This document shows, piece after piece, positions 29,402 to 39,714 of a DNA stretch of 64,000 nt (position 1 is the first letter of the stretch; the number at the start of each line of letters is the position of its first letter). The translations under genes and the position numbers were made by a program. The notes under the pieces are model-generated. The model worked only from the letters and a program-made list of their open reading frames with translations. It made no database searches and had not been told where the DNA came from. The stretch is taken from assembly GCA_044228285.1 (NCBI GenBank), contig JBGAVD010000002.1, positions 474,807 to 538,806 of the forward strand, read 5' to 3'. The DNA is from Chlorobiota bacterium (GTDB lineage: Bacteria; Bacteroidota; Ignavibacteria; Kapaibacteriales; NICIL-2).

Positions 29402-29857
29402 ATGATTTCCAAAACCTGCATTTACGGCATACAAGCGATGATTCACATCGCTTCGCAGAAGCCCGGACAATGGGTTTCTATTCAGTCCATTGCCAACAGT
29501 CTGAATATTTCGTTCCATTTCCTCACGAAAGTACTGCAGCAGTTAACGGCGGCAGGAGTGATGAATTCGCAGCGTGGTGTGCATGGAGGGGTGATGTTGG
29601 CAAAGAGTGCTGAGGAAGTAACTCTGCTCGACATCATTACTATTATCGACGGCACAGATATTTTTGAACAATGCATGCTTGGTTTGCCTGGTTGTGGAAC
29701 CGCGGAGGCATGTCCGGTTCATGACCGTTGGACAGCGCTGCGCACCGAAATTGCTAGGGTTTTCATGGGCACTACACTCGATCGCTTGGCTAAAGATGCG
29801 ACAACCCTTAATTTAAGACTTGCGCATCCTGAATATCTGCGTCGGATGACCTTGTAG
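29402..29857 (+). CDS. Rrf2 family transcriptional regulator (IscR/NsrR-like, 3-Cys cluster ligands present)
   Basis: MISKTCIYGIQAMIHIA...SIQSIANSLNISFHFLTKVLQQLTAAGVMNSQRGVHGGVMLAK is an Rrf2 wHTH. CMLGLPGCGTAEACPVH supplies three Cys in the usual Fe-S-binding position. Confidence 0.85.
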   Translation: MISKTCIYGIQAMIHIASQKPGQWVSIQSIANSLNISFHFLTKVLQQLTAAGVMNSQRGVHGGVMLAKSAEEVTLLDIITIIDGTDIFEQCMLGLPGCGTAEACPVHDRWTALRTEIARVFMGTTLDRLAKDATTLNLRLAHPEYLRRMTL

Positions 29858-29983
29858 GACCCGAAAGGGGACGACTGGTTTTGTCTCAGGTCTCTCATTC
29901 GAGACTTTTCTATGTGCAGAGAGTTTCATTTGTCTACAACATTGTCAACTACCTTTTTGTCACACTTTTACAGGATACCCACA

Positions 29984-30418
29984 ATGCTTCGTTTTTCTCT
30001 TACCCTTCTTGCTCTTGTAGCAATCGTGTCCATCAGCGCATCAGCTCAAGACAAAGCAAAGGGTCAGAAACTTTATACAGAGTACTGCAAGACATGTCAC
30101 CAAGATGGTGGCAAAGGACTATCAACAGTATATCCACCTCTCGCTGGTTCAGACTTTTTGAAAACTAAGAGTAAGGCCGACGTTATCAAGGCAGTTACTG
30201 GAGGTTTGAAAGGCGAAATGATGGTAAATGGAAAGAAATTCAATGGAGTTATGTCGCCATTGCCAGCAAAGTACACCGACCAAGATGTCGCAGATATTCT
30301 GACCTACGTTTATGGCAACTGGGGTAACCCAGGCGGTTCAGTAAGCGTTGCAGACGTTAAGAAGAATCGCGTGAAGGTTGCTGCTGCACCAGCGAAAGCT
30401 CCAGCGAAGAAGAAGTAA
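29984..30418 (+). CDS. Class I c-type cytochrome (monohaem), secreted, with an Ala/Pro/Lys-rich tail
   Basis: Signal peptide (MLRFSLTLLALVAIVSISASAQ), haem-binding CKTCH, distal Met region (GVMSPLP), C-terminal AAAPAKAPAKKK. I chose the ATG at 29984. Confidence 0.8.
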   Translation: MLRFSLTLLALVAIVSISASAQDKAKGQKLYTEYCKTCHQDGGKGLSTVYPPLAGSDFLKTKSKADVIKAVTGGLKGEMMVNGKKFNGVMSPLPAKYTDQDVADILTYVYGNWGNPGGSVSVADVKKNRVKVAAAPAKAPAKKK

Positions 30419-30471
30419 GCGCCAAGGGTGCAGCATTCGACACGGTACTATCACTCTGTGTCACTCGTGTT

Positions 30472-30509
30472 AAAACTGACCGTGTGTGCTTGTCGCGCCG
30501 GTCAGTTTT
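30472..30509 (+). terminator. Intrinsic terminator candidate after the cytochrome c gene
   Basis: aaaactgaccg (30472-30482) pairs with cggtcagtttt (30499-30509). The stem runs into a T-run (gtcagttttttg). Confidence 0.6.
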
Positions 30510-30557
30510 TTGTAATGTGCGTAGGTAATCAATTCACAATATTCAGAGGAGCTCGCC

Positions 30558-31001
30558 ATGATACAGTATGATCAGGTGTTGGTACCAACGGATTTTTCCG
30601 ATTGTGCAGCGAAGGTCATGGACTATGCTGTAGATTTTGCAAAACGCTATGAGAGCACCTTGCATATACTCTATGTGGTAGAACCCATTGATACTTTTGC
30701 CACCGTCAATGGAGTAGAGCAATCAGTATATTTCGATATGATTCGAGATGTGCGTGAATCTGCCACCTTGAAGTTAGAGAATCTTGTTGCAGACTTGAGA
30801 AAGACTGGATTGAAGGTTGAAGGCATTGTACGCGAAGGTCGTCCAAGTGATGTTATAACGGAGTACGCTCTGCAATCACAGATCTCAATGATTTGTATCT
30901 CGACTCATGGTCGCAGTGGTTTGAATCACCTCCTGCTCGGAAGTACAACAGAGCGCGTTCTCCGCAAGGCACACTGTCCGGTGTTTGTAGTACGAGCATA
31001 A
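30558..31001 (+). CDS. Universal stress protein (UspA family)
   Basis: VLVPTDFSDCAAKVMDYAVDFAKRYESTLHILYVVE and ISTHGRSGLNHLLLGSTTERVLRKAHCPVFVV (ATP-binding G-2x-G-9x-G(S/T)). Confidence 0.85.
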   Translation: MIQYDQVLVPTDFSDCAAKVMDYAVDFAKRYESTLHILYVVEPIDTFATVNGVEQSVYFDMIRDVRESATLKLENLVADLRKTGLKVEGIVREGRPSDVITEYALQSQISMICISTHGRSGLNHLLLGSTTERVLRKAHCPVFVVRA

Positions 31002-31096
31002 CACTGATGTGGTTGATCAAGGCAAGTACGTTTTGTCTTGACATCGTGAGGTGCAGAGGTAGAGAACTCTCATGCACCAGTTTGAGAAAACAAAAA

Positions 31097-31119
31097 ATGC
31101 CCAATCGACGATTGGGCAT
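31097..31119. terminator. Bidirectional intrinsic terminator
   Basis: atgcccaatc (31097-31106), loop gac, gattgggcat (31110-31119), flanked by an A-run (31092-31096) and a T-run (31120-31126). It sits between the convergent usp gene (+) and the hflX/small-ORF unit (-). Confidence 0.7.
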
Positions 31120-31183
31120 TTTTTTGTTTTCTTCTTCTCGAACCCAAGAAGTCTAGAGTCTGTCGTCACGAAGTTGAGCGCGC

Positions 31184-31348
31184 TTAGAGTTTCGTAAGCC
31201 GCGCAGTTGCAATACGAAATGCTGTATATGCAATACCAATGAAGAGCGCCACAGCCAAGAAGACGCTGATTTCTTGTCCGATGACCACCAAAGTAATGGT
31301 AACAAAAAAGACGGCCAAGGAGATGAGGATAAGATAGATCCACGTCAT
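31184..31348 (-). CDS. Hypothetical small two-TM membrane protein (54 aa)
   Basis: MTWIYLILISLAVFFVTITLVVIGQEISVFLAVALFIGIAYTAFRIATARLTKL. It sits between the hflX stop (31442) and the terminator at 31119-31097, consistent with co-transcription. I recognise no family. Confidence 0.35.
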   Translation of the reverse strand: MTWIYLILISLAVFFVTITLVVIGQEISVFLAVALFIGIAYTAFRIATARLTKL

Positions 31349-31441
31349 GAAGTCCCCTGAGTGCAGTGATACAAATTCCGGCCTATGAGCCACGAAATGC
31401 TGGAGCACTTTTGTGACCATTCCCTAAACGTAGGCCGACCC

Positions 31442-32728
31442 TTAGCTGCTAATATACTGTTTGTACTTGTTGCGAATCAAGCCTTCTTGTGTTGGCGATA
31501 CTCTCGCCTGGATTTGTATGCCGTTTTCGTCTTCCTCGCGACTCAGCACTTCGGTGTTCTCGTACAGCACGGCTAGCTCTTTCATTGCTGAATAGGGCAG
31601 CGAAAACCTCATGAGTGTATTGACGGAGTCGCTAAACGCTTGCATGCGATTGAGCACTTCGAGCACATTAATCCCCGAAAGAGCCGAGATTTTAATGCAT
31701 CCGGGGTATTCTTCGTCCAAACTTCGGAGGAAGTCTTTGTCTTCTACCATATCCATCTTGTTGAACACGAGTAATGTCGGTTTATCGCCAACATTCAGCG
31801 AATTCAAGGTTTCTTGGACTACTTCCAGGTGTTCACGAAAGGCATGGTTGCTCACGTCGACGAGGTGGATAAGCATGTCTGACTCGATAGACTCAGCCAA
31901 AGTAGAGCGAAAGGAGGCTACCAAGTGGGTTGGGAGCTTTCGAATGAAGCCTACTGTATCGGAGAGTAAGGCGGTGAGTCCTTGCGGCAATTCAATTTGT
32001 CGTACGGTTGTATCTAAGGTCGCAAAGAGCTGATTCTCCGTGTAGACATCTGCTTTGGTCATCACATTCATCAGCGTTGATTTGCCCGCATTGGTATAGC
32101 CAACTAAGGCAAAACGTATCATTCCTGCTCGTTGTTTGCGCTGTTCCTTGCGTTGCAGGTCGATTTCTTCCAATTTCTCTTTGAGACGTTGGATGCGCAC
32201 TTTGATCATGCGTCGATCGCTCTCGATTTGCGTCTCACCTGGTCCTTTGGTTCCAACGCCGCCATATTGCTTGGAAAGGTGGGTCCACATTCGCGAGAGA
32301 CGAGGCATCAGATATTGCAGCTGGGCAAGCTCCACCTGCGTTTTCGCTTCAAGCGAGCGAGCGCGAGTAGCGAAAATGTCGAGAATCAATGCACTTCGAT
32401 CTATCACTTTCACTTCGAGCTCTCGCTCGAGATTGCGAATCTGCACAGGACTGAGCTCGGTGTCGGCAATGATGAGCTGAGCCTTGTGTTCTTCTATAAG
32501 GGCCTTGAGCTCTTCAACTTTACCCTTTCCGATATAGGTGCCACGGTCGGGCGACACCCGTTCTTGTATCATGCGCTCCGCCACCTGAACGTGTGCGGTT
32601 TCCGCAAGAAAAGCGAGTTCATCTAAGTGTTCGTACACAATCTTGCGGTCTTCACCCTTTCGGGCGACGCTCACAATGATCGCGGTCTCAAGTTGAATTC
32701 TGGTGTTTTCGGTTATCATCATAGACAA
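31442..32728 (-). CDS. hflX: GTPase HflX
   Basis: HflX N-terminal domain (LDELAFLAETAHVQV..., IFATRARSLEAKTQVELAQLQY). G domain with ALVGYTNAGKSTLMN (G1), DTVGF (G3) and FNKMD (G4). Confidence 0.92.
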   Translation of the reverse strand: MSMMITENTRIQLETAIIVSVARKGEDRKIVYEHLDELAFLAETAHVQVAERMIQERVSPDRGTYIGKGKVEELKALIEEHKAQLIIADTELSPVQIRNLERELEVKVIDRSALILDIFATRARSLEAKTQVELAQLQYLMPRLSRMWTHLSKQYGGVGTKGPGETQIESDRRMIKVRIQRLKEKLEEIDLQRKEQRKQRAGMIRFALVGYTNAGKSTLMNVMTKADVYTENQLFATLDTTVRQIELPQGLTALLSDTVGFIRKLPTHLVASFRSTLAESIESDMLIHLVDVSNHAFREHLEVVQETLNSLNVGDKPTLLVFNKMDMVEDKDFLRSLDEEYPGCIKISALSGINVLEVLNRMQAFSDSVNTLMRFSLPYSAMKELAVLYENTEVLSREEDENGIQIQARVSPTQEGLIRNKYKQYISS

Positions 32729-33615
32729 GCCTGCAGGCTGTACTGCAGCTATTGGTGTTAAAATTCATGGGGCAATGGGCGAAGCCGTCGCAAAAGAATG
32801 GCAGGGTGCCAAGGTGCAGTTCGAATCTCAATCGAAGGGTTGCACTAATGTGTATGCGGATTGCTCATGATAACACCATTTGTATATCGAAGTCTACCGT
32901 TCACCAAAGGTGTCTGTGCGCTCATGGCTTCTGACACCAAATTGTAAACACCATTCTTCGTGTAACACTAGGAGAGGATGACCATCCAAACCTCATTCTG
33001 ACGAGGCTTTGCTGCTGGTCAGACACACAATATACGCAATCAGAATAGCCTGGCAACAGCGCGAAAGGCTCTGACGAGTCGTCTTATTCTGTTTCGATGC
33101 CGTACACCTCCAGTCATTGGAGAACAGCAAGCTCCTGAACTTACACTTACTCTTATTCCTCAAATTCCTAAAGCTGTCTTTGTGTTCGTGTGTTGTTCAG
33201 CACTCACTTTGCTCATTGAGAGGTGTAAAGAGGCGGACCTCCTGCTTTGAATAAGAAAAGTGCGCTTCAAGTTCGTAAACCCGACGCGGCTTAGCTGCCA
33301 AACTCGGTTTCATAGAACACACTCTGCTTGGCAAGGAAGTCCTAACTATCGCAACAACCGCACACCATTGCTCATGAAACACCTTGATTACGAAAACGAA
33401 GGGACGCTCAAAACGGTACCACAACTCTTGCGAACAGAGATTTGAGTCCAACGACACCTAGGTTTGACTGCGTTCATTCCTGCAGTTCGACTCAGAACAG
33501 GACCGCTGCTTGAGTTCTACACAATATGTTGATCCAAAGTCAGTCTGATACTTTGAGTCGCATTCAGAAAATGGGATGACGACCTAGCTTGGCTTCTTAG
33601 ATAGTAACTTGCAGT

Positions 33616-35466
33616 ATGAAGGTAGTGATAGTTATATGCTTGGTCTCTCTCAGCCTTGTCGCTAACGCACAATTCGTTGCGCGTCCGCAATCGGGTAGCG
33701 CCAAAGCACCCAATCCAGGCTCAACGCCCGTCGTTAAGCCTGCCGCTCAACCTGCAGCTCAACCTGCAGCTTCCAAGGGAAGTGCGAACAGCCAGCGTAT
33801 CGGCCTTAACCCTAGTCCCAGCAACAGTCCGGCAGTTGCACCAACCTTCAACCCTTCGGCGCCAGTATATAGTCGCACGTCCACAGCGATTGCTCCTGGA
33901 GCGACGCAGGCAGATCCTATCCATCTTCGTAGTGCAGATAGTCTGGTTGTGAGCAGTATCGACTCCCAAGTGGTGCGAGAGCTAGTTGGACATGTGCATT
34001 TGGATCATGGTAATGTGTCGGTGTACTGCGACCACGCAACACAGTATATGGCTACCGATCTCGTCATTCTTCAGGGTTCCGTGCGCATCGTTCAAGGAAG
34101 CGTGACAATGCTAATGCCTCATGGTGAGTACAGCGGCATAAGTGGAATTGCAAGCGGAAGTGGCGGGGTGACCATCATTGATCGTCGGATGACGCTCAAA
34201 GCTCCAGAGGGTATTTACAATTCGCGTAGCAATCAGGCAGACTTTCACGGAGGTGTTGAGATACAGGATGATAGCATTCGTATTCTGGCTAAAGATCTAC
34301 GATATCTGAGATCAACACAAGAAAGTTGGCTGTGGGGCCATGTGCGATTGTATTCGAAGGTAAGTCCCTCATGTATGGTTGGCGACTCTGCTCATAACGT
34401 CCCGGCAACTAGTTACTCCGTGCTCCGTGGACGTCCTTTGCTTCTTCACATCGACACCGTGCCTAACGAGGCGTTGAGTCAACTTCGCCAAGCTGAGCGA
34501 GAAAAGGCTATTCAAGACAGTATTGTGAGTGCGGAAAAGAAGCTTAAGAATACGGGAAAGAAAACAAAGTCTGGAGCAGAGGGCAGCAGCAAAGCATCTT
34601 CCCAGATCGGCACAAGTACCGCAAAGAACTCAGCGACGAAGAAAAGTCCTTCGTCGAATGCTCTACCACAGAAGGATCTTGGCAAACACGATTCACTTTT
34701 GGCCTCTGCAGACAGCTCAAAGCAGGGAAGCACGAAGAATTCACTACGCTTTGATACGTTGACTATTGTTGCAGACGTCATGCAGTCGTTTCGAGCTGGT
34801 GGTGAGGATCGTTATGTCGCCTCACGAAACGTTGAGGTGCTTCGCAAGACCTTAAGTGCCCGTGCTGGACGATGTGTGTTTGACAAGAATGCTGAGTCTA
34901 TCGAGCTTCGACAAGAGCCCCAGTTGTGGGCCGACTCGCTGCAATTGAGCGCGGATTCGCTCTGGTTGCATTTGCCAAACAAGAAGCTGAGAAGCATTGA
35001 GGCTTATCATTCCGCTTTTTTGCTCATGGTCGACTCCGTAGATCATGAAAGAGCACACCAAATTGCTGCTGAACACTTACATATTAGTATCGAGGAAGAT
35101 ACTGTTCGAGCGATCCAAGCAGTGCGCGAAGCGAAGAGTTTGTACTTCATGAGTGGAGACCAAGGACCAGATGGCCTCTCACGTACTGTGTGTGATTCAC
35201 TCTTCATTTACTTCGAGCTCGGACAGCTGCAGAATATTGTGTGGAGGAGTGGTGTGAACAGTGAATATTATCCCGAGAATATGGTTGGCGATGGCGCCCG
35301 CAAGTATTATCTTCCAACGTTCCACGAGGCAGGTCCGCGTCCTCGCAAACCCAAAGTGGAACAACGTTTCAACGGTACAGAGCCCAGCTCGGCAACAGAG
35401 TCGTCCATGAAGGATCATGAGGACGCCATAGACATCGAAGAACCTGTTCAAGAGTCTGAACCCTAA
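33616..35466 (+). CDS. Secreted OstA/LptA-like domain protein with a Ser/Lys-rich central linker
   Basis: Signal peptide plus a Pro/Ala-rich tract. LRSADSLVVS...VRELVGHVHLDHGNVSVYCDHATQY...LQGSVRIVQGSVTM... resembles the OstA-like beta-jellyroll. A second similar region (aa ~390-560) follows the low-complexity linker. The function is inferred only. Confidence 0.5.
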   Translation: MKVVIVICLVSLSLVANAQFVARPQSGSAKAPNPGSTPVVKPAAQPAAQPAASKGSANSQRIGLNPSPSNSPAVAPTFNPSAPVYSRTSTAIAPGATQADPIHLRSADSLVVSSIDSQVVRELVGHVHLDHGNVSVYCDHATQYMATDLVILQGSVRIVQGSVTMLMPHGEYSGISGIASGSGGVTIIDRRMTLKAPEGIYNSRSNQADFHGGVEIQDDSIRILAKDLRYLRSTQESWLWGHVRLYSKVSPSCMVGDSAHNVPATSYSVLRGRPLLLHIDTVPNEALSQLRQAEREKAIQDSIVSAEKKLKNTGKKTKSGAEGSSKASSQIGTSTAKNSATKKSPSSNALPQKDLGKHDSLLASADSSKQGSTKNSLRFDTLTIVADVMQSFRAGGEDRYVASRNVEVLRKTLSARAGRCVFDKNAESIELRQEPQLWADSLQLSADSLWLHLPNKKLRSIEAYHSAFLLMVDSVDHERAHQIAAEHLHISIEEDTVRAIQAVREAKSLYFMSGDQGPDGLSRTVCDSLFIYFELGQLQNIVWRSGVNSEYYPENMVGDGARKYYLPTFHEAGPRPRKPKVEQRFNGTEPSSATESSMKDHEDAIDIEEPVQESEP

Positions 35467-35653
35467 AGCATGGTCTTGCACAACGACAACTTCTCAGGCT
35501 TGTGTTTCAGGCAATGAGTAAAATGTCGTGTTGGAACCGAGCTGACCCTTCACTCTGAGAAGAGCCTCTGTTATTGTTGAGGTTTCGTATTGAAGTGATC
35601 ATGATGGACAGCGCTAAGCCATTCATTCCATTCCTCAATTCAGAAAGTAGCTC

Positions 35654-38600
35654 ATGAGATTGCCGGTATCACTTGTTGTCATTCTGTTGTCGCTTTCGAT
35701 CGGGTTGAAGGCACAGTTTAACGACAGTCTCAGTGCGAAGAGATTATCCTCATTTGAAGGCTATCATTTCTTCGTTGCCTACATGCAAAATGATAACATC
35801 ATTCAATCCGCAGGCATTCGCCTGCGATTGATGATGTGCTCTGCCTATTCGGCTCAGATAACTGTTCGTTTTAGCAAAGACAGTACTGCGGTGATCAAGC
35901 TAGCTGCCAACTCAGCTACCACCGTCCTAGTCCCCTCCAGAATGGAAGTGCGAACGTCTGAGATGGTCCTCGACAGTGTTGTCGAGGTTCTTTCCGACGT
36001 GCCGATTTCGGTCTTTGCTATGAACTCTCAACCTTATAGCTCCGATAGCTATGCTGTTATACCTGTATCGAACTGGAATACAGATTACACAATTATGTCG
36101 ATGGCTAATGATGGTTATGGTGTGGGCAATGACAGCAACGCAGTCATGCTGCCTGAAGAGATTCGTCAAAGCGAGTTTCTGATCGTTGCTGCATTTGATA
36201 GTACCATCGTAGAATTCAACCCAACCTATGTTACCCAGCGAGGCGCAGTTGCTGGACAATGGCATACGGTTAAGCTCAAGAAAGGTCAGTGCTACTTAGT
36301 GAAATCAGCACCGATCAAACCACTATCAGGTGATCTAACGGGCAGTCACGTACGCGCAAATCGACCGATTGCTGTTCTCAGTGGGCATGCCCGCTCGTCA
36401 ATGCCGCAGTCGCTGATTAATGTCACCGATAGTAAAGACCACCTTGCCGAATGGCTGATTCCAGACCAGGCACTGGGTTACGAGTATATCACCATGCCAT
36501 TTTATACAGATGGCAGATTGCCTGTTGGCGACGTGATACGCATAGTTGCTACTAAACCTCAAACTCAGCTCACGGTCTATACCGAACGTGCTGACTTGTT
36601 CTACACACTCAAAAAAGCTGGCGATATACAGACGATTTCAGGTGTCAACTCACCCTGTTGGATTCGCGCTGATCAGCCTGTTTCGGTGGCTCAGTTCATG
36701 CTGACTGGCTGGGTAGGAGGATCCGTGAGCTACGATCCGTCGATGGCGCTCGTGCCTCCGGCAGACAAATTCGTCTCGCACAGCATTTTCCAGGTACCAA
36801 GTAATCTCCCTGAGCCCTTCTGGGCTTCGCAGTTTCAGCAACACTTTGTCAATATTATCTGCGATTCCTTAGCGCGCTATTCAATGAAGCTGGATGGAGT
36901 AAATATTGGGCAGAGCATTGAGCCGAACATTCTCTATAACAAGTTTCGATCGTCACCCTATTTCTGGGCACGCATCCCCCTGAGTCCGGGAAAGCATGAG
37001 CTCAGCTGTGATACGTTTGGTTTCTCAGGAGCGTTATATGGAATGGGCATGACAGATTCGTATGCCCACACAATGGGCTTTTCGATGGCCACGGACTTGA
37101 AGGACACTATAGCGCCTTTTTTCGTTGTCAATGGAAGCTGTGGTCAACTGAATGGAACAGTTAATGAAGTAGTGAATGCAGTTTCGAGCTCGCTATCTTT
37201 TGTTGTGTACGACCCTGATAGTACGAAGAACTTTAGCTACATCGCAAGCACGACGCAGCAGAATGCCAACGTTGTGACCTTTAGTGCGAAAGTAGTCGAC
37301 CCCAAAAAGGACGCACAGTTGTTTATTACTGCTCGAGATATAGCAGGGAATGGTCGTCGCTATCGCTATTATTATCACGCTCCTCGCTATACCTTTACCA
37401 GCTCCGTCAGCTTTGCAGCGCGGACAGAGAACGACTCTATCTGCTCTCGAGTCTACGTTCAGTCGCCATCAACAACCGATACCTTACGGATTCTATCCGC
37501 TAAACTGAGCGGCAACAATCCAACTCTCAAGCTCTTTGCCCCTTCTGCGTACCCGATAACAGTGCTGCCGCGCACCGGTGCCGACTTCCAGCTTTGCTTT
37601 CGTCCACAAGGACAAAGCGCTCTCAAAATTGTTGATACCATCATCGTCGATCTCGGCTGTGGTGTCCTCTTACGCATCCCAGTAAAGGCGAGTACGCCAA
37701 AGTCCGCTCTCTTTGTAAGCGACATCGCCTATGGCGATGTTAAGGCACGCGATAGCGTTTGTGCCTTTATGGAAGTAGTGAACACTGGCACTCGCGTTGC
37801 GACACTGCTCTCTGCTCGCTTTGACACTACACTTGCGAGTCTTGGCACATTGGACTTCTCTAAGTTTCCCGTTGTTCTGCCTCCTGGTGACACCTTCCGC
37901 ATTCGTTTCTGCTTTCATCCTCTGGACACCATGGTGCTGAATCGTCGAGTGATCTTCAGCAATGACATTGGAGTGGATGTCGAAGGTGAGATCAGTGGTC
38001 GAGGAGTTCGCCCAATTGTAAAGAGTCAGAGTTTCGACTTCGGATCTCTGCGAATAGCTATCTTCCGAGACACCAACGTCGTTTTTCATAACACCGGCAA
38101 TAGTACTGCGAAAGTCAGCTATCGAAGCCAGACCGCAGCCAATTCAGAGTTTCTCCATTCCATGGCGGCCATCAAGAGCTTCACGATTGCAGCTGGGGAT
38201 TCTGCAACCTTTGGTTTGCGATTCTATCCTCAAAGCGCCGCAACGTACAGCACGCGATTGCTGTTTAGTGTTGACGATCCGCTGGATACGACGGTATTGG
38301 TTGACGGCAGAGGTGTTGGCACAGTCCCTATTGATTCAGTGCGCAATCTTTGGTTTGATACTATACAGGTAAAAACACAAAAGAGCCTCCGTCAAGCTCT
38401 GGTCTTTTCCAAAGGCTCGGAAGCGCTCACAATTGATACTATTCGTATTGTTGGTCCCGATGCTGCCTCCTTTACCGTTGGAAGCGCACAGTTGGCAAGG
38501 AGAGTGGTTGACATTGGTGACTCAGTGGTGTTTGATGTGCAGTTCAAGCCACAGCGTAGTGGGCGACATGATGCACAGCTTGAGCTGACACATGATGCAG

Positions 38601-39706
38601 ATAAAGCCTACTTCCGTCGGCAGAGCTATGTGCAACTCAGTGGTTGGGCCCGCGACACAGTGGCCGACACGACCAAACATGATACGACTAAAGTAGATAC
38701 TCTTGCTCCGCGAATGCTTGTCCGTATTGCGCCACAAGCCTTCGCTTGCGATTCATTGCCGATTAGCGTCGTTGTCACAAACCGCGACACCATAGCACTC
38801 GTAATGAACTCCTATCGTATCGAGAGCACCGTCTCAGACGATGCAGCCATCGTTCGCAATGCTCCCATCAGTTTGCTCGCTGGAAGGTCTTACACTATCA
38901 ATGCAAGTTTGCATCCAGTGCTCCGAAGCGGGACGGTTCAGGTACACGTCGTGTGTGCTAAGTGGACACTCGATACAACCATTACGGTGAATATTAGACG
39001 ACAGATATTGCGAGTCAACAGGATTAGTCAGAACATTCAGCCAGATCCAGGTGACACCATGCTCCTGAGAGTGGAGGGAAGTCTTGACGGTGTTGTGCCA
39101 CCGGCAAGTCCATTCGAACTGAGCCTTAGTATACCAAACGAGCTCTTTCACTTGCTTGCCAATAGCACTACTGTTCGATTTAGTCCAACGCGACCAGCTC
39201 TTAACTGCACTGTACAGCAATCAGCGCAGTCCGTTATTGTGCGTTCATCCTTGCCTATAAGCGCAGATACCAGCCTGCAATGGAGTCTGGAATTACCATT
39301 TCAGGCACTCGTTTCTCAGCTTCAGTCCACCAAAGTTCAGTCTCATCTCACTGAAAGCAGTTGTTTTCAGGCAATCGATAGCTCAGCGCTGATTGTAACG
39401 AACAACCTTTGTGCTCCAAATTTGCGTCAGATCACTACACGAGGATTTGAGCTAAAGTCAGTGTTTCCGCAGCCTGCAGGGGATAATTTGACGATTGTGG
39501 TCAGGGCTTTGACGGATTATGAATTTCTTACGATTTCTCTTTGTGATGTATTGGGGAGAAAATTTCAGCTAGAGGAAAATTTGTTTTTGCGAAAGGACGA
39601 TAATTCTCTTATTTTAGATTTGAATTCGATTCCAAGCGGCATGTACCGACTTGAGCTAAGATCCTGGGACGACCTAGAACATTTACCAATCATGTTAACT
39701 AAGTAG
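35654..39706 (+). CDS. Giant T9SS-secreted surface protein (IgGFc-binding-like N-terminal domain, multiple ASH/choice-of-anchor-D-like beta-sandwich domains, Por_Secre_tail CTD)
   Basis: 1350 aa with a signal peptide (MRLPVSLVVILLSLSIGLKAQ). N-terminal GYHFFVAYMQND resembles the G.eFw..fm.N motif. There are repeated F(G/D)..........F.N.G...L/V-type modules (e.g. FDFGSLRIAIFRDTNVVFHNTGNSTAKV). The C-terminal VFPQPAGDNLTIVV...LCDVLGRKF...IPSGMYRLELRS fits a T9SS CTD. Confidence 0.8.
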   Translation: MRLPVSLVVILLSLSIGLKAQFNDSLSAKRLSSFEGYHFFVAYMQNDNIIQSAGIRLRLMMCSAYSAQITVRFSKDSTAVIKLAANSATTVLVPSRMEVRTSEMVLDSVVEVLSDVPISVFAMNSQPYSSDSYAVIPVSNWNTDYTIMSMANDGYGVGNDSNAVMLPEEIRQSEFLIVAAFDSTIVEFNPTYVTQRGAVAGQWHTVKLKKGQCYLVKSAPIKPLSGDLTGSHVRANRPIAVLSGHARSSMPQSLINVTDSKDHLAEWLIPDQALGYEYITMPFYTDGRLPVGDVIRIVATKPQTQLTVYTERADLFYTLKKAGDIQTISGVNSPCWIRADQPVSVAQFMLTGWVGGSVSYDPSMALVPPADKFVSHSIFQVPSNLPEPFWASQFQQHFVNIICDSLARYSMKLDGVNIGQSIEPNILYNKFRSSPYFWARIPLSPGKHELSCDTFGFSGALYGMGMTDSYAHTMGFSMATDLKDTIAPFFVVNGSCGQLNGTVNEVVNAVSSSLSFVVYDPDSTKNFSYIASTTQQNANVVTFSAKVVDPKKDAQLFITARDIAGNGRRYRYYYHAPRYTFTSSVSFAARTENDSICSRVYVQSPSTTDTLRILSAKLSGNNPTLKLFAPSAYPITVLPRTGADFQLCFRPQGQSALKIVDTIIVDLGCGVLLRIPVKASTPKSALFVSDIAYGDVKARDSVCAFMEVVNTGTRVATLLSARFDTTLASLGTLDFSKFPVVLPPGDTFRIRFCFHPLDTMVLNRRVIFSNDIGVDVEGEISGRGVRPIVKSQSFDFGSLRIAIFRDTNVVFHNTGNSTAKVSYRSQTAANSEFLHSMAAIKSFTIAAGDSATFGLRFYPQSAATYSTRLLFSVDDPLDTTVLVDGRGVGTVPIDSVRNLWFDTIQVKTQKSLRQALVFSKGSEALTIDTIRIVGPDAASFTVGSAQLARRVVDIGDSVVFDVQFKPQRSGRHDAQLELTHDADKAYFRRQSYVQLSGWARDTVADTTKHDTTKVDTLAPRMLVRIAPQAFACDSLPISVVVTNRDTIALVMNSYRIESTVSDDAAIVRNAPISLLAGRSYTINASLHPVLRSGTVQVHVVCAKWTLDTTITVNIRRQILRVNRISQNIQPDPGDTMLLRVEGSLDGVVPPASPFELSLSIPNELFHLLANSTTVRFSPTRPALNCTVQQSAQSVIVRSSLPISADTSLQWSLELPFQALVSQLQSTKVQSHLTESSCFQAIDSSALIVTNNLCAPNLRQITTRGFELKSVFPQPAGDNLTIVVRALTDYEFLTISLCDVLGRKFQLEENLFLRKDDNSLILDLNSIPSGMYRLELRSWDDLEHLPIMLTK

Positions 39707-39714
39707 GGGACAAT

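Noticed and set aside
32812-32830. gttcgaatc T-loop-like motif suggesting a tRNA or tmRNA
   Set aside because: The flanking bases do not form a T-stem, and no acceptor, D or anticodon arms can be drawn. I saw no convincing tRNA cloverleaf signature in the intergenic regions I read.
32790-33345. RNase P RNA-like segments (ggcagggtgccaagg, cggctta, aggaagtcc)
   Set aside because: The motifs occur in an order incompatible with RNase P RNA on either strand, and the P4/CR-I sequence GGAAAGUCCGGGC is not present.
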